A program made the translations under genes and the position numbers. From a virus (taxonomy: Duplodnaviria; Caudoviricetes), in IMG/VR virus record IMGVR_UViG_3300020050_009209: a DNA stretch of 64,000 nucleotides; one strand, 5' to 3'. Numbering within the stretch: the stretch's first letter is position 1; every line of letters begins with the position of its first letter. The notes beneath the pieces are model-generated. The model did no database searches. It was not told where the DNA came from and saw only the letters and a program-made list of their open reading frames with translations. This document shows positions 8,830-16,238 of the stretch, one piece after another.

Positions 8830-10281
8830 GTGTGGGATACTCGATATCGTCCACTAGTATTCTCTGATGTGCTGGGCCAGCAAGGCACAGTGCAGGTGCT
8901 TAGAGCTAGGTTAGCCAATGATACAGCTTTGGATACGAGTTACCTCTTCTCCGGGGCTTCTGGTCAGGGGAAAACCACTCTTGGTCGTATCTTAGCTCGG
9001 GCGTTACTTTGCACCCACCTGGACAAGTCTCTCCCAGACCCCTGCAATGCTTGCCCTAATTGCGTAGCTTGCCTCGAAGACACCTCGTCTGCGTTTGTCG
9101 AGAAAGACGCTGCGAACCAGGGCACCACTGAGCACATTCGAAAAATTGTCGAGGACCTACCCTTCGCTGTGTTCGGCGCCAGAAAGAGGGTTTACCTCTT
9201 TGATGAGTGTCATCGCATGAGTCTAGCTGCCCAAGACGGCCTATTGAAGCCTATTGAGGAGAAGCAGCTTGTAAGTATTCTTTGCACTACCGAGCCTGAA
9301 AAGGTTCGACACGCCATTCGTGCTAGGTGTGAAGAGTATGCGATTCGGAGAATCACCAGAGAAGACATCCTAGGTAGGATGGTGTCTATCCTTCAATCGG
9401 AGAAGGTGGACTACGAGGAAGATGCAGTTCTTACCGTGATCGACTTCGCTGGGGGACACGTTCGAGATGTGTTGAATCGTCTAGAGATGCTAGCGCAAGT
9501 TGGGGCAATCACTGTAAGCAGTGCTCGGGCCCATTTGAACTTGTCAGCAGTCACTACCTACTACAAGATCCTACTTAGCTTGGTCTCCAATACGCAAGAA
9601 GCTCTGGATCTACTAGACTCGCTAGGTGATACAAGTACTCCGGACGAGGTTGCTTCAGGTTTGACCGAAGCCGCAATGAACTCCTATCGTTTGGCTATGG
9701 GGATGTGTGCTAACTTTAGGTACGCTGACAAGAATCTTGGCTCACGGGTATTCGAAAGTTATGGTGGTAGTGGGTTAATTGAGTTGGTTAGGGTGCTCAC
9801 CTCCACGAAGTACTCGACACAAAATGGGCTTGTTTGCGACCTAGTGATCCTCGCTGATAAGTTGAGTTCGACCGCTCAAGCGCCTGTCCAGGTTCAGATT
9901 CAGAGTCCAATCCCGGCCCCTCCTCAGGTCCAGGCGGCCCCTCAGGTCACTGTTCCTGTTGCTGCCCCTCAGACCCCTACCCCTGCTCCTCAGGTCACTG
10001 CTCCTACTCCTGCTCCCGCCCCTCAGGTCCAGGCTCCTGTCACCCAGGATAAAGCCCCTACTCTGAGCTTCGTACCTCAACCCCCCTTAGGGGATTTAGG
10101 GTCTAACGACGTTTGCGCATTGACAGAAGTAGATTCTAAGGCAATGCCTACCGAGAAACCTGGAGTGGGTCGGATACGAAAACCACTCATCTTTGAAAAG
10201 CGAGGTGACAACAATGCCCCTATCCCTCCTAGTACATGGAGAAAGCACTTTGAGGCTCTTTGGGGCAGGAGACCTAAGTGA
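8830..10281 (+). CDS. dnaX: DNA polymerase III gamma/tau clamp-loader subunit
   Basis: RYRP..FSDVLGQ, GASGQGKTT, C..PC.AC..C zinc module, DECH, LLKPIEE, CTTE, IRARC, GHVRD. Confidence 0.92.
   Translation: MWDTRYRPLVFSDVLGQQGTVQVLRARLANDTALDTSYLFSGASGQGKTTLGRILARALLCTHLDKSLPDPCNACPNCVACLEDTSSAFVEKDAANQGTTEHIRKIVEDLPFAVFGARKRVYLFDECHRMSLAAQDGLLKPIEEKQLVSILCTTEPEKVRHAIRARCEEYAIRRITREDILGRMVSILQSEKVDYEEDAVLTVIDFAGGHVRDVLNRLEMLAQVGAITVSSARAHLNLSAVTTYYKILLSLVSNTQEALDLLDSLGDTSTPDEVASGLTEAAMNSYRLAMGMCANFRYADKNLGSRVFESYGGSGLIELVRVLTSTKYSTQNGLVCDLVILADKLSSTAQAPVQVQIQSPIPAPPQVQAAPQVTVPVAAPQTPTPAPQVTAPTPAPAPQVQAPVTQDKAPTLSFVPQPPLGDLGSNDVCALTEVDSKAMPTEKPGVGRIRKPLIFEKRGDNNAPIPPSTWRKHFEALWGRRPK
9915..10045 (+). 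repeat. imperfect PAPQV linker repeats in DnaX
   Basis: CCTCAGGTC and GCTCCT repeated, encoding PAPPQVQAAPQVTVPVAAPQTPTPAPQVTAP. Confidence 0.8.
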
Positions 10282-12149
10282 CTGCTAGTCCCCTAGATGA
10301 GTGGGTTGTCATCGAGCTAAGTGCTCAAGGGGAAGAGGAGGACCCGGATACTATCCTACAGGCCATACGACGGCTCCTAAAGAGGGAGGTAGAGATTTTC
10401 CTTCCGGTGTCTATACGTACTTCCGGAGACAGTAGGGTCGTTCACAAGCTAATTGACAATTATGTCTTCGTTCGACGAACTCTACCCGATACAGCGTACC
10501 TGAGGTTGGAGGGGACACGGTATATCGACTCAGTCCTCACTAGCAACAAGTCGACTGGCACATCAAGAAAAATTACTGGAGTGCGCAACTCTGACATAGA
10601 GAAGATGCGACGTCAGATCCATGTGGAGTGCGAACAGGGGATCAATGTTGGGGATGAGGTCCAGATTACTGGGGGCGCTTACCGCAATATTGTAGGTAAG
10701 GTGATAGAGGACATCCCAGAAACAGAGTCCGTTCAAGTTCACATTCAGCTAAGGTCAAAGGAGGCGATTGTCACACTCCCTCGATCGTTCCTAAGATTTG
10801 TCGCTAAGGGTCAGCAGCAAGCAAGCTCAGACTTTGCCCCTTTCGCCAACAAATTGACCCGCATTAGGGACTGGATTGAAGGGCTAAGGCCACTTGCTAT
10901 CGTGCCCGGTAAAGTCTCACCTTTACTTGAGTGCTACGTAAGATGGCGGAGGCTAACTCAATGGTGGACCTCCCACCAGAGCCTGAAGTTCGATCCAAAC
11001 CAGCTCCTACGTGGTACCAATCTCTTAGAGACTCAAATCCTATCTAAGTTGGAGGTACTTAGGCAGCAAGTAGCACTTACGCGCAGTCGTCCTTTCTTTG
11101 AGCTTGTGGCTATTAGCAAGGGCTTAGAGCGCGCAGACAACGTGAGGAGTAAGTTGTCCGCTACCTTAGGTAAGGTGCGGCAACTCCAGCGACTGCACCA
11201 AAGATTGGCTGCGATTAACAGTGAAGTTCGATGGCTAGAGGCTAGCCTGTTGGGTAAAGGTAGACATATGGTACAGAATGTAGTCGTAGATGGACTTAAC
11301 TTGGCGTATCGAGTTTACTATGCGTACGCAGCTTCCCGAGGATATATGGCCCCTGCAACTGAGGGTACAGTCCTGGCTCAAACCTTCCTCAAGAGTCTAG
11401 CTAGCCTTAGAAAGAAGTTCGATCGCGCCAATATCTATGTCGTGTGGGATGGCTCTTCTCAGTACCGAAGAGGGTTGTTCTCGGACTACAAGAAGGGTAG
11501 ATCCTCCCCACCATGGAAAGAATCCGAGATGCAAAGTCTCAGAGAGGTTCTGTCCGGACTAAAGGTGCAACAAGTCTGTAACCCTACAGAGGAGGCGGAT
11601 GACGTGATTGCTTGCCTGGTAAGAGGTCCTCTCAAAGGTCAAGCAAACGTCATTGTGTCCACAGACCGAGACTTCCTACAGCTTGTCACTCACTCCGACT
11701 TGTTGCTGGTCCCAAAGCAAGGAGCACGAGCAGAGCTTTTGTACGACCGGGATAAGGTAGTGTCGGAATTTGGCCTGGCCCCAGAGAGACTTAATCAGTA
11801 CAAGGCGTTCTGTGGGGACAAATCCGACAACCTTCCTGGAGTTCCACGCGTACCGAAGAAGGTATTCGTCGACCTAATCAATACGTTCCACGACGTCGAA
11901 AGTATCTTCGCATCTAGCCTGTCCAACTTGACTGTCAAACAGTGCGCGCAAATGCGAGGTTCCGAGGCTCAGGTGAAGTTGAACCTACACCTGGTCACGC
12001 TACGCTCTGACCTAACCTTTGAATATTTCCCTGAGTTGACGCCAGATGAGACTGAGGGCGTACTAACGCGACATGGTGTCTCTACTACATTAGCAAGTAG
12101 TGTGAGGCGTAAGTCAGGGTTCGAAAAGGTCGGTACTTCTAACTCATAG
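10278..12149 (+). CDS. NusG-like (NGN+KOW) protein fused in frame to a 5'-3' exonuclease (FEN/PolI N-terminal type)
   Basis: EWVVI..IFLP..NYVFV NGN domain, VGDEVQITGGAY KOW; from M at 11268: VVDGLNLAYR, VWDG, YKKGR, EADDVIA, STDRDFLQL, GDKSDNLPGVP. Confidence 0.88.
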   Translation: MTASPLDEWVVIELSAQGEEEDPDTILQAIRRLLKREVEIFLPVSIRTSGDSRVVHKLIDNYVFVRRTLPDTAYLRLEGTRYIDSVLTSNKSTGTSRKITGVRNSDIEKMRRQIHVECEQGINVGDEVQITGGAYRNIVGKVIEDIPETESVQVHIQLRSKEAIVTLPRSFLRFVAKGQQQASSDFAPFANKLTRIRDWIEGLRPLAIVPGKVSPLLECYVRWRRLTQWWTSHQSLKFDPNQLLRGTNLLETQILSKLEVLRQQVALTRSRPFFELVAISKGLERADNVRSKLSATLGKVRQLQRLHQRLAAINSEVRWLEASLLGKGRHMVQNVVVDGLNLAYRVYYAYAASRGYMAPATEGTVLAQTFLKSLASLRKKFDRANIYVVWDGSSQYRRGLFSDYKKGRSSPPWKESEMQSLREVLSGLKVQQVCNPTEEADDVIACLVRGPLKGQANVIVSTDRDFLQLVTHSDLLLVPKQGARAELLYDRDKVVSEFGLAPERLNQYKAFCGDKSDNLPGVPRVPKKVFVDLINTFHDVESIFASSLSNLTVKQCAQMRGSEAQVKLNLHLVTLRSDLTFEYFPELTPDETEGVLTRHGVSTTLASSVRRKSGFEKVGTSNS

Positions 12150-12296
12150 CATTCCACGTAGATTGAGGGGGTATCTGGAGATTATAGACGATTAGCTAAT
12201 TTTGGTTGGATCTTTTGGGTGTGTTGTGGCAGAGTTACCTCTAGTAGCTTTGAGTGGGTACTTTTGTGCCTTGCTCGTTACAAGAGGTCTAAAGCC

Positions 12297-12911
12297 ATGG
12301 CAGACGGGTACCTTATCCTTGTAGACCCAACTGAGTTAGCAAATCGATTCTCCACTCAACCCAAAGAATTTGAGGAGGAGGAACCTGAAGTAAGTACGAG
12401 TATGGCTCTGAGCTATGAGAGCCAGATTCAACCTCTATTAGACCGGATCCCTAAAAGGGAGGCGGATCTCATGGAGTTGTACTACATGCAAAAGAAACGT
12501 CAGGCAGACCTTGCCGAGATCTTTGGGGTGACCCAAGCTGCAATCAGCTACAGGTTGAACCGAGGACTCCAGCGAATTAGGTTCCTGCTGTCGATCCCAA
12601 CCCTCAGTGAAGATGGGTTACGTCAGGACCTCCCAGAGGTGCCATTTAAGCCGACTGACGTTAACATTCTTGTGGGTATGTGGCAAACAACTTGCCAGTC
12701 TGAAGTAGCTTCCAAGTTAGGCCTAACTCAAGGTAGAGTTAGGCATCGTTTTTTTGGGGCTGTAGTAGTCCTAGAGAAGAGGGCTGCGGAGGACCCTAAG
12801 TTCGTCCCCTACTCCAAGGTCTTCAGTTCCATTGCGAACAAAAATTTCAACGTTTTACGCGAAGTTAAATTGCCACAATGGCAGGGACGAGGCGGAGACG
12901 GCTGTTTTTAG
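12297..12911 (+). CDS. sigma70 region-4-like transcription factor with two HTH domains
   Basis: RIPKREADLMELYY..QADLAEIFGVTQAAISYRL and QSEVASKLGLTQGRVRHR; GAGG RBS. Confidence 0.7.
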   Translation: MADGYLILVDPTELANRFSTQPKEFEEEEPEVSTSMALSYESQIQPLLDRIPKREADLMELYYMQKKRQADLAEIFGVTQAAISYRLNRGLQRIRFLLSIPTLSEDGLRQDLPEVPFKPTDVNILVGMWQTTCQSEVASKLGLTQGRVRHRFFGAVVVLEKRAAEDPKFVPYSKVFSSIANKNFNVLREVKLPQWQGRGGDGCF

Positions 12912-12950
12912 TTGGGTTTGTGTGTCACCTAAAGACAACCTCGAAAAGGT

Positions 12951-12978
12951 TTGACTCAGTGGTCGCGAGAGCTATACT
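12951..12978 (+). promoter_or_regulatory. sigma70-type promoter (leaderless) for the HNH/MTase locus
   Basis: TTGACT-16 bp-TATACT, then 6 nt to ATG 12985. Confidence 0.7.
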
Positions 12979-13072
12979 GAGCCCATGTACCTGAAACATG
13001 GACTCAGTAACACGCCAGAGTATAAGTGTTGGCAGCAAATAAAGGCTCGCTGTATGAACTCCAACCACCGAG

Positions 13073-13778
13073 CGCGCCTCGCGGGGCTGCCATGTTGAAG
13101 CCGTTTTTCCCGTTCTACGGGTCCAAGTGGCGCGATGCAAAGCGCTACCCTGCGCCTCGCGAGATGGTCATCGAGCCTTTTGCTGGGTCGGCCGGATACG
13201 CGACATTTCACGAGCCTGCGCGCGTGATTCTGAACGACTTCGATCCCATCCTCGTTGGAGTGTGGGACTACCTGATCCACGTCTCGCCGGCAGAGGTGCT
13301 CGCGCTCCCCGACCTCGACGTCGGGCAGAACGTGGATAGCCTTTCGCTCCCGCAGGAGGCACGATGGCTCATCGGCTTCTGGCTCAACCGTGGATCGTCG
13401 CAACCCAAGAAGACGAAAACGGCGTTTTCTGCGCGTACCGAGCGAGCGCAACTTGTGTGGTCCCAGCGGGCGCGCGAGCGAATCGCCTCGCAGGTGGGCC
13501 GCATTCGTCACTGGGAGATCCGATACGGCGGTTACGAATCGGTCCCGATGGCCGAAGCCACATACTTCGTTGACCCGCCGTACCTCGGCAAGGGGCGATT
13601 CTATCGCTTCCACGATGTAGACTATCCGCGCCTCGCGGCATGGTGTCGACGCATGCCAGGCGACGTCATTGCCTGCGAGAACGTCGGCGCGGACTGGCTC
13701 CCGTTCGAGCCGCTGGCCGTGATCAAAAGCACGAAGGGAACATCGGTGGAGGTCGTATTTTCGCGCCTCGCGGGGCTG
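13073..13778 (+). repeat. 17-bp direct repeat CGCGCCTCGCGGGGCTG bracketing the MTase (13073-13089 and 13762-13778)
   Basis: Exact match read from the sequence; partial copies at 13152-13161 and 13627-13638. Confidence 0.9.
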
Positions 13779-13793
13779 GAGGTGGCGAAGTGA
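13092..13793 (+). CDS. Dam/D12-class N6-adenine DNA methyltransferase
   Basis: FYGSKW motif X, IEPFAGS motif I, ILND, FVDPPY motif IV. Confidence 0.9.
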   Translation: MLKPFFPFYGSKWRDAKRYPAPREMVIEPFAGSAGYATFHEPARVILNDFDPILVGVWDYLIHVSPAEVLALPDLDVGQNVDSLSLPQEARWLIGFWLNRGSSQPKKTKTAFSARTERAQLVWSQRARERIASQVGRIRHWEIRYGGYESVPMAEATYFVDPPYLGKGRFYRFHDVDYPRLAAWCRRMPGDVIACENVGADWLPFEPLAVIKSTKGTSVEVVFSRLAGLEVAK

Positions 13794-14866
13794 AGTATCA
13801 TGCGAACGCCATCGGAAACGGAGAGGCGCGCTTACCTAGATTATGGTGGTCGTGGGGTAACGATCTTTGATGGGTGGGTTAAAGACTTCAGGGCCTTCTT
13901 GGCTCATGTTGGTCCCCGTCCTTCTGATGGTCATTCGTTGGATAGGTACCCTAACCTCAACGGTAACTATGAGCCTGGTAATGTCCGTTGGGCTACAGAT
14001 AAGGAACAGAACAACAACCGTCGTCCTCACCGGAAGCATGGTGTGAAGCTTTGTTCGAGGCCCGTTCGGACTGACGGTAAGCCTACTAACTTCAAGCACG
14101 GTGGAGTTGGGACTCCAGAATATCGGGCGTGGTCTCTGATGAAGGACCGTTGTTTGAATCCGAAGAGTGGTAACTATCCATATTGGGGTGGTCGGGGCAT
14201 CAAGATTCACGAACCATGGATCGTAGACTTTCTGGTTTTTTACCAATACATTGGTCCCCGCCCCTCGCCTCAGCACTCGCTGGATCGAATCGACAATAAT
14301 GCGGATTACCAACCTGGGAATGTTCGTTGGGCCACAAAGTTGGAGCAAACAGAGAACAGGCGTCCGTGTAAGGTAGGACCTACTCACGGCAATTTTGACC
14401 ACGGTTACACTGGCACTCCAGAGTTCAAGACTTGGACGAGCATCAAGACTCGATGCTTCAACGAGAAGCATGACCGTTATGTCTCCTACGGTGGAGCTGG
14501 CATCACGATGTGTCAGCGATGGAAGAGCAGTTTCCCTGCCTTCTTTGAGGACCTTGGATCAAAGCCAACCTCAGAGCACACAATCCTTCGAGAGAGTCAA
14601 GAGGGGCATTACTCTTGTGGAGGGTGTACGGAGTGTCTTGAAAAGGGCTGGAAGCTCAATGCACGTTGGGCTACACGAACCGAAGTTAACCGAAACCGCC
14701 GCCCTTCTACGAGGTCCGGTAAGCTCACCCTAGAGAAGGTGCAAGACATCCGTGCTCGTATCCTTAAGGGTGAGACGCACAAGCAACTCGCTGAAGTGTT
14801 TATGGTGGGCGTTACCTTGATTGGAAAGATAGCTAGACGTGAAATCTGGCTTTAGAGGTAGCGACC

Positions 14867-14989
14867 ATGTCTACAATCTGGCGTATTGTCCACAACGTAG
14901 TTGCTCACCCCCTCTTGGAACTTCTACCCGCTCGTTGGGGGGATTCGTTTCACGATTGGACCGCCCACAAAGCGTGGGGTAAGGAGTGA
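14867..14989 (+). CDS. 40-aa small protein (not in ORF track)
   Basis: GAGG RBS; MSTIWRIVHNVVAHPLLELLPARWGDSFHDWTAHKAWGKE fills the gap between genes. Confidence 0.6.
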   Translation: MSTIWRIVHNVVAHPLLELLPARWGDSFHDWTAHKAWGKE

Positions 14990-15043
14990 GAGGGTCAGAG
15001 GTGTTGAGGTTCCTTTTATGCTATTCTTGTTAAGAGGGACCCT

Positions 15044-15949
15044 GTGCCACTTATCTCAAACTTAAGGTACCACGACTACCAGTTTGAATTACCTGTTTCC
15101 AGTGGGAAATGGAAGTGGGTAACTCGACTTGACGTGTCGCAGTCCAGTCCAGCCTTCTACATTAGGGATGTGATCTCTCCCTACGGGTTGCTGCGAGACT
15201 CGATTCCTATCCCTGGGGAAGTTGTCCAGTCGATGGCTCAGTCCATCCAAGACCTTAAGGACAACTTCAAACCGCATATCCTTGTAGGACCTCCAACCTC
15301 CTTGACCTTTTTGGTCGATGAAGGTCGAGGGACTTCTTTGCCCCAGACTCTCATTCTCACCAATGATGGAGTTTACGGTTCGCTACTTGGGATGAGCTTG
15401 ACGCCGTCAGCTGCTTACGTGAGAGTGACTCCAGGTAGTGTGGGTAACCTAGCGTTCAACGCGTCAGGTCAGATCTCTGTGGACGTAAATTCCACCAACC
15501 TACTATCAGCGAACTCTCCTTATGCCGAGAGCATCACAATTCAGGACTCAACGGCAACAAATAGTCCTCGTAATCTTCCGATTACCATTGTGGTTAGACC
15601 CAAAGCTACAATCCGGGTAACGCCAAGCCTACTCTTTACCTTTACGGTAGCTAAGCCGCTTACTGGAGACTTCCCAGCTATCCCAGCGCAAACCTTTAAC
15701 GTGGCCAATATCGGCCCTACCGGGTCGGTACTAGAGTACACGGTCAAGAAACTCTTAGGTCTCTCGGATTGGCTACCGAGCTTCCTACCCTCTTCTGGTA
15801 CTCTCACTACCGTAACCTCTGATACAGTAACGGTAACGGTAGCTCCAGCGAGTACGCTACTAGTTGGCACCTATACCGAGAAGTTGCGCGTTGCTGGGTA
15901 TAGCTCAAATTCGTACATCGACGTTGAGATTCGTCTTGTGATTGTGTGA
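15044..15949 (+). CDS. virion protein with two BACON/Ig-like domains
   Basis: Two T/V/P/S-rich beta repeats (PTSLTF..TLILTNDG..YAESITI; PSLLFTF..FNVANIG..YTEKLRV). Confidence 0.6.
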   Translation: MPLISNLRYHDYQFELPVSSGKWKWVTRLDVSQSSPAFYIRDVISPYGLLRDSIPIPGEVVQSMAQSIQDLKDNFKPHILVGPPTSLTFLVDEGRGTSLPQTLILTNDGVYGSLLGMSLTPSAAYVRVTPGSVGNLAFNASGQISVDVNSTNLLSANSPYAESITIQDSTATNSPRNLPITIVVRPKATIRVTPSLLFTFTVAKPLTGDFPAIPAQTFNVANIGPTGSVLEYTVKKLLGLSDWLPSFLPSSGTLTTVTSDTVTVTVAPASTLLVGTYTEKLRVAGYSSNSYIDVEIRLVIV

Positions 15950-15955
15950 GGAAAT

Positions 15956-16225
15956 ATGGCTAAGAACTTCGACCTAGGTCAATTTCAGGTGCAAGGGGCT
16001 ACAGGATTCGATGCCTTCTTTTCTCGCGAGGGGGCTCAGATCGTCACCCCTACTCACCGTCGAAAAGTAGCCTCTATCCAGGATCTCAAAGAGTTCATAC
16101 GAGTGGGAGCAGACCAGCTGATCCACAAGTCTGAGCGAGACTTGTGGTCAATCAAAAAAGAGGGGGATGGAAGTCTCTCGATTGAGCGCCAGTTTGACGA
16201 CAACGGACAACCTCTAAAGTTTTAA
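15956..16225 (+). CDS. small head-module protein
   Basis: GAGG RBS; LIHKSERDLWSI..IERQFD; KVA motif. Confidence 0.65.
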   Translation: MAKNFDLGQFQVQGATGFDAFFSREGAQIVTPTHRRKVASIQDLKEFIRVGADQLIHKSERDLWSIKKEGDGSLSIERQFDDNGQPLKF

Positions 16226-16238
16226 GGTACCTACCAAG

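Larger units (their letters stand above)
13072..13831 (+). mobile_element. transposase-less GC-rich insertion carrying a DNA methyltransferase, with short terminal inverted repeats
   Basis: Left end AGCGCGCCTC (13071-13080) and right end GAGGCGCGCT (13823-13832) are reverse complements. The empty site is CGAGCTTAC with GC duplicated. Composition is sharply higher in GC and CGCG than the flanks. Confidence 0.85.
12985..14855 (+). pseudogene. HNH homing endonuclease (three tandem HNH-type repeats plus C-terminal HTH) interrupted by a 758-bp insertion after codon 29
   Basis: MYLKHGLSNTPEYKCWQQIKARCMNSNHR (12985-13071) joins in frame to AYLDYGGRG..HSLDR..NGNYEPGNVRWAT (13830-14855). This matches the intact internal repeats HGGVGTPEYRAWSLMKDRC..YPYWGGRG and HGYTGTPEFKTWTSIKTRC..YVSYGGAG. 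Confidence 0.9.

Noticed and set aside
9840-10281. Programmed -1 frameshift in dnaX (gamma/tau)
   Set aside because: No A AAA AAG-type slippery site with a downstream hairpin was seen.
13026-13091. ORF-track start for the MTase at 13026
   Set aside because: It crosses the insertion boundary, and this DNA encodes the HNH N-terminus in another frame. The real start is ATG 13092.
13072-13831. MTase insert as a group I/II intron or a classical IS
   Set aside because: The ORF fills all but about 55 bp, leaving no room for a ribozyme core. There are no GUGYG..AY or U|..G| ends and no transposase motifs.
12972-13870. Many overlapping ORFs on both strands, including the 213-aa minus-strand ORF
   Set aside because: These are shadow frames of the GC-rich MTase with no recognisable motifs.
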